Positions 13,701 through 28,700 of a stretch of DNA of 64,000 nt are shown piece by piece. Numbering within the stretch: position 1 is the first letter of the stretch; each line of letters starts with the position of its first letter. The notes beneath the pieces were generated by a model, which was not told where the DNA came from, did not search any database, and worked only from the letters and a program-made list of their open reading frames with translations. Source of the stretch: Tubiluchus corallicola (lineage: Eukaryota > Animalia > Priapulida); NCBI GenBank assembly GCA_030141605.1, contig JAQGDQ010000090.1:310001-374000 (forward strand). Reading direction: 5' to 3'. The position numbers and the translations under genes are program-made.

Positions 13701-16700
13701 TTGCTATCAAGGTCATGATTTCGACCCTAAAGTTTTTATTCTGTGCAGTGGTGAGTGACCAGTTTGATGGTTAACCTTCGTCGTCGCTATTCAGTAACAT
13801 CAGTATCTAACTGACAATGGTCGACTTCTGGCGCGTGTAGACGGCTCATTTGTCCAGAGAAGTGTGTTATATCACTAACATCTCTCGACGATCTTATGTG
13901 GACATTAGGATTCATCGATTCGGAAATGTTGATCGGTTGATAGCGTTTGCGTAATGGTCTTGAGAACACAACGTTGGTAAATTTCACCGCACACGTGGCG
14001 TCCACATATCTACTGAGGAAATAAACAAGGGATTCCCTACAGCACCCGCACGGTCGCTGTATTGATGCTGCTGTACCGCCAGGGCATGCGTGTGCTGTAG
14101 ATGCGTGGATTCATGGTTGTCACAGGCGTTCAATGGAATTGTAATGACCGTATAAAGTGAATTGGGACGTTTAAATCACACTGTTATATTAGTTATAGTA
14201 TGCCATGTAAAGGGAGTAGAACTTAACCCAGATATATGTACATAATGTTGCTTCATAAATGTAATGAAAATAAGTGTATTAGGAAGACTTGTACCCGCAC
14301 ATCATATCGTGTGTTTAAGTCTACGTCGAAATTTGCATGGGCGATTACTTGTTTCCATACAGAATACGAAAAACATTGCGTTCTGGTAATTGATATAGTT
14401 TGAGTGTAAATTCACTAATGATGGGTAGGGTTATTTGGGTTGATGTCATTTCATCTGTTAATTGTCCTTGTTCTGTTGTGACAGACCGGGTTTTAGGTCA
14501 GTGAACAGATTAACAACATTAACATTATTTACCAGTTTGGGCCTAATAATGTTTTCTTCGAATGTCACATTCATTTCAAAATAAATAAAAGCATGATCAT
14601 GCCCTCTATTGCGCTTGCATTTATATTCATTTTCCTCGGGCTCTTACTTGTGGAATCCTTTGCCAGAATATTGTTTCCCTGAGTACTGTATCCTCATCCG
14701 CTCCAAGAGGATCGCAGACACGTGCCGTTTATCACTAACAAGTTTGTTACAAGAATTTCATTTTTATTGAAGTCCTTTTACTTTGAGCACGACCCAACTT
14801 GTTGCGATTTACTTTAAAAATACATAAAAATTGAGCTGTATCTATGTTTTGTGTGCATTTACTTCATAATGTTATACAAAGTACGGCGGCTGAATTTGTA
14901 TAGCTAAAAATATAACCTGCGTCAGCCATGGGCAATATGCCAATACGAACGGGCACATTAAATTATGGAAGCCCATGTGCGTTACACGACACATTATGAC
15001 TGATAACAAGGACATGAGCCCAGACAGGCGCAGTGAATATTACGTTAATATTACGTATAACATACTGTATGACAAGCAGTTATAGTCAGTCAGTCATAAC
15101 TCTTGAAGCCATCTGTTAGCATTCAGTATACGTCAAGCGTTTAGTTGTTTACATTGACACCTCGTCACACTTCAGTCTACAGCAGAGACACAATCGAGGA
15201 AGCTGAACAAAGAGCTTTTGACAAGTTAAAGTAATTAATTGGAAAAACTTCATGGAATCTGATAGCTGCTAAGGGCTGTGTACCTTTTGCCTACATATTC
15301 AGATTAAATGTTTTTAGAACCCAATTATTTATTGTGAGAATCTATATAATTTTGATAATTAGGACTTAATGAGCGAATCCGTATTCCAGCGGGAAAATCG
15401 TTGACATATTTGCACTGATAGGTGATTAGTCGAGTTATTTTTGTTCTACAAGTGATCCTAATGTGATGTATCATGTGATACATGTTAACATTAAAAAGTA
15501 GTTCTGATCAGTATTTAATTTTAGTAGCACGGCGAGTAATATAGGAATTTCCTATGAAGGTGAATGATAATTATGTTAGTAATTGCATGCTTGTTTGTGA
15601 CAAAGTTATGTTTTTTTATAATTTTGTTGAAATTATATTTTCCATTTGGCTCAAAGTATGCGTTGAAGCCTGGAGCAAAGTGGCCTCGTGGGCGCAGGCA
15701 GCGCAATGGTGCCAACGCTTATTTCAATTTGAGTCAATTTTAATCTTTCCGTTAGACCGTGGGTTAACTTAGTTGCTAGGTATGCAATTGCGAGTGAACT
15801 TAGAGAGTATACAAATTTATAGTGTTCTGCTAAGACGTTAACGATTTTTTTTATTTTAATCGTTTTGAAAATCATTATGAAATCCAAAACCAACTTCAGG
15901 AAAGTTTGGAAATTTTTATCATGTTTGGTTAAAAACTAAATACTACCTGTGAAAAGCGCATTGTGATTTTGTCATCGTTTTGACAGTAGCTGCGTTAAAC
16001 TTGTCTATATTGCAAACAATAAAATTTCTAAACGATTGAAACATTTTTCTCACTCGTACATTCGCTTTGTTTTGAACATTACTCGAACAAGCATATTATT
16101 CCTAGCCTCCTTTCCGTCAGTGTTTGGAAGCTGCAGCCGTTAGAGCTCCTCGAGCAGTTTCTGTTTTTACAAAACACTGCAATAAACACAGTTGTACTCT
16201 CTTGGGGGAAAAAACTAACATCTGACACCACCAGCTGGCTGGAACCGAGGATAAAGAAAAAAAGAACTGTGGAAGATTGAACATTGTCCAGAAAGTCTTG
16301 CATTGATATTTGATCGATTACCAAAGTCAATTTACTTTCTGGTCACTGTCTTGGTCGATCAAAACATTGTTCTTTGCTTGTAACTGAGAACTTGAATCGA
16401 TTTATGTTACTCGCATGCAACAGCTACAGTAGTGAGCGATGTGTAATTATTGTACAGCACCTATAAAGAACTTCTCCCACGCTTAGAATAAAAAATTCAA
16501 TACAGAGAGTTTGTCAATTGTTAAGTTGTTTAGGGGATATGATTGAAATGTAACAGACATAACAGAATTTTGCAACTTCCAGTTTATCGCGTTATGGAAA
16601 AAACATACATTAATGCAGTTGACCTCTATGCCAACTGCAGATCATTATTCAATGACCGGGCCTGCTGGTAGGAGGTGTTACGACCGGAATCCTGTTATCA

Positions 16701-19700
16701 GGAATAATGCTGTTAAGTTGAGGCACTAAAGTGCTAACCGTATTCAGATATGAGTATATTCACCATTATCGAGGTAAATGGAATCAATATCGTGTGAAAC
16801 TATCTAAGGCGACAGTAGAACCTGCAAGTCACACATCTGTTTACTGGTTAGTCTCAACATTGATTAACTTCACTTGTGAAGTACACCCATTTTGACTACA
16901 CGTTCATTCACCTCGTCCTTAGACCACGCAATTTAAAATGTGATGAGACGTTTTATATTTTTATTTACATGTCGATTTAGAAATGCTTTGAGAAGAGGTA
17001 GTTTTGTAGAGAAAAATTTAGTATTTATTTTTATAAACAGAAATGAAAACTCCGCGGTTATAGTGAACAATATGCTCCAGACATTAGTTCTTCAGAGGAT
17101 ACACCCACTTTGTCATTTAGCTTACTAATGGGTTACCATACTAGGAATGTTGAAAAATTTTCACTATGCATAAAGGAAATAGCAGTTTTGTTGTGGTAGA
17201 TGAAAATTAGACCAGCAAGTCAGCAGCCTATGATGGATGTTTGTAATATATAATCTTCTTGGTTAACATGCTCATTTTCTGTGTGCAGCTTTCAGAGTGA
17301 ATGAATCATTCTTGCCCCTGGGTAGGTGATCAATATCCCATGAGCGCTATGTTAATTTTTACAATGTCAGGCAGGTTTCGAGCTGCATTCAGCTTTCATT
17401 ATTATGATGTTGGCAAGGCGCTACTGGCCCAGATACAATGTTATATAGCCCACCTATATAATACCATGTGAGAAAGTGAGACATCTTAAACTATGTTACT
17501 GTAATTCTCCTGTTTTTTGTTTTTTTCATTTTGGGTGAGTAGAATGGCTAGTTGGCCACAGCGTGTGCTTGGTGATTGAAGTTAAGCAGTGGTGCACGGG
17601 GTCTTATCGTAGAGAATTATCTTTGTTAGTTAACTAGATTCCTGTCCTGCCACGGTCATCGACATAATAAATAAGCCCTATCGTTAAGTTCTGAATTCCG
17701 GCTTATTACAGTTTGCTGTATAGTTTCAGTTACCGGAATAAAAATTTGAATGGAATTGAATTACAATATGAAAGTGGTGCACCTTCTTTTTAAATATTAT
17801 TTTCAAAGTTACTATTGTCATCTTTTGCAGAGATTTTAAGCTTTTAAATTCTACTCTTGTCGTCTTAGCCATTCTGCTGTACTGTGTTTGTACACATTAG
17901 TAAGACCAGCCAGTCAACCAGCCTAGCCTGCTGCATTCTTTGTGTTTGTAGTTTTTGACTCTAAAGTTTACTAAAGCAGGTTGGCGGATGACCAGAATTC
18001 CTAAGAGGCACTACGTATACTTAAATCTTGGATTAGTAAATTGCCTTTGATCATTGCTTCGATATTTTGTTTCAGTTCTTTATGGGCTAAAATAGGAGGT
18101 AAAATAATTGAAAATGACAATGCAAAGTTTGTAGTACTGCAATAATCATTAAATTAGTAATCTGGATAGTTAGTAACCTGCAGAAAGTCAAGCAATGTAT
18201 TCGGCCTTTAAGGCCCTTAAAAATTGCTAACACACCACAGACAATGTCTGTGTAGGAATAGCAGTTGTGCAATTTGGTAATGAGCGCTCATAATGCTGGA
18301 TTACCACGATTATAAGTTAGATTCCGGTCCCGCCACAATCATGTACTTTGAGTAGGCCGTGCCACTGAATGCTGAGTTCCTGTTTGAAAAATCAGTATAA
18401 AGTGCTTTATTGAGTGTATTCCACAATCTGGTGCAAAATTCTGCAAATAGTGTGATGGGTTTCTCCTAGCTGAGCGAACCGTTGAACTCTATTTTTGTTG
18501 TCTTTAAAATGAATGAATAAGCGGATCAGTATCAGCTACAGTGTTTGAAAATGCCTACAGTAGTAAAGTAGTAACCTCGTTTGTTTTACTAGCATCGTTC
18601 TCATCCCACGCTTCAACGCTTGATCATTATATTGACTTGCTGAAATGACAGCCAAACAAGATTTTGTTGATTTGGTTCAAGTAGTCGGCATTCAACGTAG
18701 ATCTAGACACGAGTAGAGTTTTGCCATGAGTTCATGATGATTTCAACTGTGAACGTGCGTTTTGTTTGAGTTTATTGTAACCAACATTCGTTTCTAAAGA
18801 TTACAACAACTCCTAATTTGGTTTTATAACTTTCATATGAGGTCAGGTTCAGGGGTTCTAAAAATGAACATTGGCAAGAAATGGAACACCAGTCACTGCA
18901 CAGACTTAGAAATAAATGTTAGCCTAAAATTCTGTAATGCATTTTTTTGTTTTGCAGTACAACATATTTCGAGTATTACACGTTATTGTATCTTAACGTT
19001 CAAATGCTGAAAAATGAAAAATAGGTGGTCATAATGTTGATGAATTAGATACTTAGATGAAATGATATTATAACTATCTGTCTATTTTTAGAGATCACAG
19101 TATCCTCTGATGCATCTCACATGGGACCGTCGTTTTTGGAGGAACCTCCTTCGTCTGTGACATTTTCCAATGACACCGGTGTCTTCATACACTGCACAGC
19201 TTCCAGTGCTCCTCCACCCGTGATTACCTGGCAGAGCAGAGGTGGAAAGGTGGTAAAAGACATCACAAATTTCTTGAGGGTGTTCAACAATGGAACACTG
19301 TATTTATTGCCGTTCAATGCGAAGTTGTACAGTGCAGATATTCATTCAACGGTCTACACTTGCTTTGCTAAGAATAGTGCTGGAATCATCAGAAGCAGAG
19401 ATGTTACAGTCCATGCAGGTAAACTGTGAAGTTTAAGAAGTTTAACTGTTTAGGCAATAGGCTTTACTGTTTAGGTGTAGGGACACAGTTACTACGTGAA
19501 ACTAAAACAACCCTGGTGTAAACAGTTTTTGTTCATTCGTCTAAAACTTCTCAAGCCCCCATTCCTCATAAATGTTCTTAAGACTTCTTTTCACATTAAG
19601 TGCCCTAGCTTACCTTCGTTAATTTGCTGCCATCACTTAGACTAGGTCTGAACCCAAGATGGCATGTGAACACTCTTTAATTTTTTTATGTCAATTCTAC

Positions 19701-22700
19701 CTTCAGGATTTAATATAGTGATGGAATTGTTTGTGCATTGTACTTTACCAGAGTTACATACTGTTTTATATTCTATATAATATTTCCCCCTTTTGTCTCT
19801 GTATTCAGTCATGATGATTTTAGCATACTTAAATGACGTTTCATGCACGTCACGAACAGATTGAAAGTTCTGTGAATTGGACAGCCAGTGCCAAAGTTTT
19901 ATAGTAACACGTGCTAGCAGCCTTGATGAATGATGAAAAATGATTTCCTCCCCAGGCTTATAATTTAAGAAGGGACCCAGGCGGATTACTTTAGATCCTT
20001 TCTTAAATTAAGTTGAGGAAGGGAAGGGTTATCGTGGAAGTCCACTTTGTATCAAGCTAGGGATAGTTTAAATAATTCCACTGCAGATTTTGGATACCTC
20101 TAGACTTAAACACTATCCCTGCTTTTCACAGGTGTGTTGCTCATACTATTGTAGGACCTACGTGTACAATAAAAATTGTGGCACACACAATGAATTAAAG
20201 TTGTTTTTTAGTTTGCGTCATCTGCATTTGCCCTTTTCAATTTTTATTCTTTATAATTAATGCACATTATTGCAAATTACATGTACAATATATTTTGTTA
20301 AAAATCAGTACTAAATACTTATTTTTGTGTTATCATTAGACAGAACCTATATTTTAGTGAGACATTCTGGTTTTCATTGTTATTGTTGTCACAATTAGTG
20401 TTGTTTTCACTGCCGTTGTCCTTGTTATTATGTAGTGATTAAGTTCTAAATGTTTGTCTGACGTATTTACTCACTGCATGATATATGAATTTCATACTTT
20501 GATTCACATGGTTAAGTTTAACACATTCCGCTTATTAATCTCGCCCATTAAGTAATTACGAAAACTTCAATGGCACAAAATTTCATTTGGTATTTTCAAT
20601 AGAACAGCTGTAATTTGGTTCGCATTAATTTAAATCTGTAATAATTTAAAAATTTTCCAATTTGCAATTTCAGTCACCAGGCAGCAGTATGAGATTAATG
20701 TCAATGACAAAGACGTATTGAAAGGAAATACAGCTGTACTAAATTGTGATATACCGACTTTTGTTAGACCATATTTGGAAATTGACTTTTGGGAACAGGA
20801 TGGACGTCGTATATTCCCAGGTAATGAATTTGGAACGTAAAAAATGATTAATTAGTGTAAAGGTAAAAGGAGTTACGGTGAAATGAAGTTTAAACGGTTA
20901 CCTTTGTTTGTGACTTGATCAAAATGGCTTACTGGTTTTGTTCTGTTCAAAGTGGTAAATTTAACAAATTTGTGTGTAAAAAGTTGTAATTACTCTGGGT
21001 ATAGTAATAACAAATTAAAAAAAATATTAACAATAAATCTTCGTACTTATCCTAATTAATTGTCAAATAAATAAGTGAACAAGCTAAGTGTGTATCGAGA
21101 TTTGCTTTTGGTTTAGGCTTTAGAAAAATGAGATGTTAAATTTGTGGCTTTCAGCTAGAAGTGATCGAAATAACTGCAACAAGAAAGATCTTCTAAAAAA
21201 TGAAAAGTATGCTGTGCTTATACAGCCTGCAAGAAAGTAAAATCGTGTCGCCAACATTCACTGCAAAAAGCTCCATTTTAAGTAATTAAATCTTTTCAGC
21301 TTATTGTTGCTGATTCAAACACTTTTCAATGTTAATACTGTAGTTAAATCTAACTTAATTATTTTTATTGAATTTTCGTGCAGAAGAAAAATGGTTGGCA
21401 GGCAGTTTCATAGGTTAAGATTACAAATGCCGCTTTACCAGTCATTCTTTGAATTCATATCTCCCGAGTGTTTTGATAAAGGACAATAAGTCTCTAGATA
21501 AACTCCTGTAGATCGGCTTAAACGAATTCCAGAAGATAATCAGGATATTAAATAGGCATCATACATTAACAGACAAGTTCTCTGAGTTTATGTTTCAGCA
21601 TTTTTGATTGTAACATAACAGTATAATAGATGTATCAGACTGCCTTAAGTAATCTATATGTTGTTATAAAAGTATTATTGTTCATCATAAGACACCGCAC
21701 CTTAGGGCATATGAAGCGATTACTGAGACAATTTTTGTGTTGTACATACTTTTTAATGTTAAACTTTGACCACATGACTCAACAACGATATTTAAAAAGG
21801 GCCAATTTGTTTGAATCTCTTTCAAGTTTTTCCTGTGTGGTATTGTCATGAATACCTGCTTCAGCATGATCTATAAATCCAATATTAATGCTTAGTGGGC
21901 TGGTTTTTGGGTGTGCAACTGCTGTAATAGATATAGCCTCTGGACATTAAATCTTAAAAGCGAATTTGACAGTCATGCAAGCTCATAATTTATTATCATT
22001 TTTATACCAGCTGTACAAGTTTATTTTCTCATTTACAATGTCGTTTTAGCAATTAAAACACTTAATTCAGCAGTAATTCTAAAATGAATGATGACAAGTT
22101 TGGAAGCAAATCTGTCACACAACTCCGCATTGTGCGATTGTTATTACCATAGTTTACCATTTGTTATGCTCTTATTGATTTGCTTTAACATTTTACAAAA
22201 GAGGTGCAATTATCGAACTGTCAAAATCTAACGGCGATCATTTGTCTTTCTTGCATTACAGGTGAGAAGTTTAGCATTTTTCCGTCAGGTGAGCTGCACA
22301 TCAGAAATGTCACAGAAGAGGACGCGAGGAGCTCTTACAAGTGTGTGACAAGGAACAAGGTTACTGGCGTGCGGGTAGCTAGTAAACGTGTGGGACGGAT
22401 GAAGTTGACAAGTAAGTTTAAAACTCTGTGGGTATATCGTCGCGTGTTTTTCTGTCACTATCACTACCTGGATAAACTGATAAAGCTAAAAATTACGTTA
22501 AAGTAAGACATTTCTTTCAGGAATTGACATTTTTCTTGACGTATTTGCTTTTTCTTGACCTTATCAATAATTTTTTGCAGACGTTGTGAGTTTACGTCCA
22601 ACAATCGTTGATGTTTTGTCACGCATAGTCGTCAAAGAAGGAGATTCTATAGAGCTTCCTTGCTATACACAGGCAGTACCTCTTCCATCCTATCGCTGGT

Positions 22701-25700
22701 ATCGTCACGGCGGGGTAGGATTGAATCCTGTGCAGCTATCCAGAAGAGTCCGTCAGTTGTCCGGCAGCCTGTATATTGATAGTGTCAGGCTGGAAGACGC
22801 AGGAAATTATGTGTGCGAAGTTGAGAATTGGTTAGGTTCTTCCAGAGCAACTACCGAGCTTTCCGTTTCGGGTAAGAGACAACATGAGATAGCATTGGTA
22901 GGCCCAGGAAGCAGTGTGCTTTTTGACCTAGTTTTGACTATGGTAACACATGAATGTAACACTAGCTGCCATATGTATCTTGTTTTCGAAATTTCATAAA
23001 TGCCGTAACTAGGTGTTATAGTTTATAAACAAGCAAGACTAAGTTAATTTAATACATCGTAAAAAAAGTAAAATTTCTTTCATTAAACTTTCTGCCTGGA
23101 AGAGTCAAAATTGAAATAGAAATTTGGTTGCCAGTGCAAAATTTCTTCCTTTTCGTGTAACATTTGAGTACAGTTCCTGTTATTTAAATTGAATCTGTAA
23201 TTATCGTTTAAATCCTCATAAATTCTCATATTTGCATGAATGATTTTTTTAAAAAAAATTTTTATGTTGATGGCAATTTGGAATTTTAATCTGCACGTAA
23301 TTGTATTTGTTGTAATAACATTGACCTGCAACAGTTTCATTACAGAATATTTTGAAAACATTCTGCTTTTTCTAGGTTTAAACTAGTAACAAACATTTTG
23401 CATATTATCAAATTAAAATTCTTTTTTTTTCAGTGCCTTTAAGTGTACGAGTTACTCCATCATCTCAAATCATAGATAGCGGCAATGAGGCCTCCATGAA
23501 TTGCACCGCTGTTGGATATCCCGTGCCAAAGATTTCCTGGTATAAGAATGGGGAGCTGCTGGGGTCCGATGTTGCTACAACAAACCAAGGACTGAGCACT
23601 GTACGCATTACGAACCTCATGCAGGAGGACCGGGGCATGTATCAGTGCTTTGCCTCAAATGATGAAGAGACTGTGAATGGGGAAGCTCAGATTGAGCTTG
23701 GAAGTACGTACATTTTACAGACATAATTATTTTGTGTTGTGTTGGCTGTGCAGTAGGCCTCTATATAAGCAGCAAAACATCAAATCAAATAAATTTATTA
23801 AAATGATGAATTTGTTTATAGCAGTTAAGTGAAAGATAGCAACCAGATTACAGTGTTCCCTCGCTACTTCGCAGTTCGTTTATTGCGCACTCTCTGTTTC
23901 GCGGGTTTTTGTGGTACTCCATCTAAAGTATTTTTGCACATGCGTAGTACGTATTGTACAGTAATGTACAGATTTGATGAATTTTGCATAAAATATAAAT
24001 CATAAATAATTACCATTTACAGTAAATAGTGTATTTATTCGGCGGATGAATACACACCAAAAACGAAATGTTGTACTTGCGCCTGCTTGAGATGCTACTT
24101 GCCGACTTGAGATTGTACACAACATACGATTGGTTGATTGATGGAATGTAAAATAATGTATAACTACTAAAATAAGTATAGCGTCCCTACTTCACGGAAA
24201 TTCACTTATCGTGGGTGGGCCTGGAACAGAACACCCGCAATAAGCGAGGAAACATTGTTTTATAAAATAGTTTTCATACGCATAAGGTTAATATGACAAA
24301 TATGAGTGTTTGACATCAGGCTAGAGTATATCTTATAGATTGTCCAAATATGTAACTTGTATTAATAAGGGCATTCAAAATGCAAGTCTAATGGTCATTT
24401 TATTGCAATTGATCATTAAAAATAAGGAAATTAGCTTTCACTAATGACAAAATGAAGCCACTGCAATTATTGAATTTTTGAAACTAACTTGGCTGAAATG
24501 AAGGAAATGTGAAGAACGTTGGGGGTGAGCTTGGATTTGAACCAGGAGATTTTTTGGATTGCAAGAAATGCCATTACAAGTAAATCACACAGCTTCTTGT
24601 AATTTTAATTCAGTCCTAAGAGCTCGTCAACCAAACATCCTAACAGCTCGCCAAATTTCCATGTTTTCTTCTTTTACCTCATATATGATTTCAAAAATTT
24701 AATGATTATGGGTTATTTCTATCACTAACCGATAATTAAGATTGTAAATAACTTTGTTTTATTAATTTAGGCAGATGTTGGTGAAGTAGCACCAACATCA
24801 GCTGTTCTGTGTTGAACGTTTTGTGAAATTCTGCAACTGTAACTGTAATGTTTTATTACTATAGTCAGATTAATTTATCCATTTGAATTTCCTGTTGCTT
24901 TGCTAATAATAATTCAAATCCATTATTTATTTTCAGGTGCTGCACCAACGATAATCACTGGTTCTGAAAATATGAACTCAAACATAGGCATGGGTGCTTC
25001 ACTGAGTTGTGTGGTAACAGGTAATCCTACGCCTGAGATGGTCTGGTTCCTAGACGACGAAGAGGTTGCTGTTGGTGGTTCAGCTAGAAGAATCACAACA
25101 GTGGTCACTGAGACTAATTATGTGACAAGCTCTTTAAATGTGACCAGTGCCAGGATTGAGGACGGTGGCCAGTATAGATGTCTTGCAAAGAACATGCATG
25201 GAGAGGCAGAGAAGACGATGCGCTTGAATGTGAATGGTGAGAGAAGCTTTTCTTGCTTTTGTTGCTTTTCTTGTAAATTAAATAATAATCTTTTATTAGT
25301 TGTAAAACGTATGTCAGCCATTTTGCTTTAAATGTCTATTCACATTACTTGTACTCTTTGTCTGTTTCATATAGAAAATTACGTGACTAGAAAAAAAATT
25401 GAAAGAAATAAATTCCTGTTTATACCACTTCAGTTATTGCTATTTTTGGAAATTAAGCAGAATTATGACATTTCGACATTATAAAAGTTATCAAAAATTT
25501 AAGTTATCACTAAAGTTATCACTAATTATAATCATTGTCATGATGACATCATTACTGATTACTGTCGTGAGAGAGTTAATTTTAATTCACCATAAATCGG
25601 GAACTGTATAGGCCTCACTATATTTTGGGGTATTTGAAGTGGCCGTTGCCGCTACCTTTTAAGCATTTGAATTTCTTTTGGAAGCCCCAAACTTATGTTT

Positions 25701-28700
25701 GAAAAATGTCAGTTTCTGTTCTTATTTGTTAATCATATTTTAGGTCCTCCGTATATTCGACCATTCAAAAACTTGACAATCGCTGTTGGGAAGAACGCAA
25801 CGATCAAGTGTCATGTTAGCGGTTATCCGATTGCTTCCGTTTGGTGGAAAAAAGGTAAACAAAGATGTTTTTTTGAGAACCATTTTATGTGTTGCATATT
25901 TTTAAACATTTACATTTCTTGAATTTGTATCAGTTTATCATGTAAACATTTCATGAGCATTAGTCTCAGCTGATGATATATTCAATTTCTGTTGTGCATA
26001 TTTTGTGTGATGTTTATTCTTTAGTTTACCAAATTCTGACGTCTTTTTAGGAAATCGAAGACTTCCGGCTAAGCCTCATCAGCAGGTGATAGATGGTGGC
26101 AGGACTCTAGTGATTGACAATGCGCAGAAAAATCGTGACAATGGCGAGTATACATGTTTTGCTAGAAGTCCATCTGGAGATACAACTCAGAGGAGCATCA
26201 ACGTTGATGTCAAAGGTACCATTTAAGATCCTGTTGTTCATTAATTTTGACAATGTTGACTTTGATTTATGAGATACAAAAGGAATGCCAGATTCATTTA
26301 TCTGTTCACCTTGATTTTTGATTAAACCAGGTTTTTGAAATGTAATTTTACATATACATGATTTTTTAGTGTTGACACTCATGGAAAGTGCTCCATGTGT
26401 CATTCATTGCTAGATTATAAATTATAACGTTATCATTTTTTATAACATTTACTGAACTGTCTTTGAAGTGAAATTATAGAATTCGGGTATTTTAATCACA
26501 TATATTTGGATGAAAGGCCTTGGTATCATATGGCTGACTTTGAAACCAGCAAATGTTTTGCTGTGTAGGGTGGGTGGAGTGCATCTAGCCTTCTTTTACT
26601 GTTCCTAATTCTGTTATAAACAATCAAACCAAATCACCATCAAAGTACCATATGTCCAGTGTTTTAAGTGAAGTTTTTAGCTATTACTAGTCTCCAAATT
26701 TTGAAATAATCAGTAGAGTTTAAATGAAAATGCAAAAATATATTTCATTTCTGAAGCATAGTGATGCCTGTTGATCGATGCCATTCAGAAAGTTTACACT
26801 TTCCATCACTTTCTTCCTTAAACATAAAAATACATTATAAATTTAATTTTAACAAATTGTCTAATAATGTTAAATAGTTGTATCAGAAACTACTGTGTAC
26901 TAATTTTTGTATGTAATAATCTTTTTATTAGCATAGTTTTTATGTGTTTAAATGACTATAGAATAAATAATTTTTCTTCATGCATACCATACGTACTATT
27001 TCAACAAGTTCCCGGGTTTTGTTTTCAATGGAATATCTTCCATTGCAGTGCCACCCTCACTTAGCGCATTTCAGTTCCCCCGTTTGGTACTGGGAAAACG
27101 TGCTGGTGCTGTATGTATCGTGGATAGCGGAGACCCACCAATATATTTTCGGTGAGCCCTAAACTACTGGTCTCCCTGTGTTTTTTTGTACTGATATTGT
27201 GGTAAATTTCTTTCAGTTGCGCCATCCTTAGGGGACTTCATGTTTCCTAAAATTAAGGCAGGACAACGGGCTGCTGCAGTTTGCTTTGTTAATGAGGGTG
27301 ACCCACCTATAAACTTTCGGTGAGAACTCGCACATTGTTGTACTAATTTGTCACATTTTGCTTTGCAGTTCCACCCTCTATCGGCCGGTTTGAATTTGAA
27401 AAAATGAGAGTAGGTGCAAGAGCTGCTGCGGTGTGCTTTGTCAATTATGGTGATCCACCAATCATATTTCGGTGAGAATGTGACCTTAAAGTATTAACCT
27501 GAAATGTTTCATTTCAGTGCCACCATCTTTGGGACAGTTTAGTTTTGAAAGGATGCGTGTGGGTGACAGAGCAGCTGCAGTGTGCTTTGTGAACAGAGGT
27601 GACCCGCCCCTTTGGTTTCGGTGAGAAATATTGATATATTTGTTTTGCTGATTAATGGCATTTACTCATTTTAGCATCCCCGTCGGTCGGCCCTTTCGAG
27701 TTCCCTCAGATGCCGATCGGAAGCAGAGTTGCAGCCGTATGTTTCGTTGACAAGGGTGACCCACCGATTACATTTCGGTGAGAATTTCTCTTCTGCCCAC
27801 TTCTTAATTTGAGTTGTCAAGAATGCCTGATCTGAAGTGGTTTGTGCAGTTGCTTGGTGTAGTGGTTGCAAGTATTGTGTATGATCCCCCATTTCATGTG
27901 GTGCTTGTGCTTGGCTTTATAAAGAATTTTTTTATCTTATTTAGGAGAAGTAGCAGTGACGTTCTGTTTCATGCTGCCTTTAATGCAGTCTGTTTCGGAG
28001 CAGACAGACAATGTGTCATATCAAATGCTTTTGGATGATTTACACATTCATTTCTTTCAGTTCCGCCATCTATTGTACCATTTGAGTTTCCAAAGCTCGG
28101 ATTTGGAGAAAGGGCTGGAGCGGTGTGTTTAGTGAATCTTGGCGATCCGCCCATTACCTTTGGGTGAGGATTATTTTGAAAACTGATAGCTTATGTTTTT
28201 CAGTGCCACCAAAACTGAGGCCATTTTACTTTGATCGACTGAATGTTGGAGAAAGAGGCGGTGCTGTTTGTATTGTGAGCTTGGGTGACCCACCTATCAC
28301 TTTCCGGTGAGGATTTTAGCACTACGCAATGCTATTCTTCTGTGTGCGTGTGTGTGTGTGCGTGCGTGCGCTTGTTTGTGTATGTGTATATACACGTATA
28401 TGCACTTCCAGTTTTTCCAGTTTTTCCTTTTCTTGGTAATTAAAGTACACGAGGAATTTATTTTTTAGGTATCGAAAATTTACAACTGATGGAAACGTGC
28501 TTGCATGCGTCCATTCCTTGTTTTCTAGCATTGTTCGACACTTGTCATTAAATTGTATTGTCTTGTCTGCATTTTCAGTTGTCCCAGCTTTGCGTCCTTT
28601 TGCTTTCACAAGAGTTCAGGTTGGATCCAGGTCAGGAGTTGTTTGTATTGTAGAATTGGGCGATCCACCGATAAAGTTCCGGTGAGAAACTGTTAGCTGA

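Noticed and set aside
4744-19091. Short ORFs in intron 1, and possible alternative first exons or sDscam-like 5' cassettes
   Set aside because: No recognisable domains, repeated cassette structure or Ig motifs were seen by eye. Small alternative exons cannot be excluded.
27810-27900. Possible extra decayed A exon (tatgatcccccattt)
   Set aside because: Too degenerate, with no splice sites in register.
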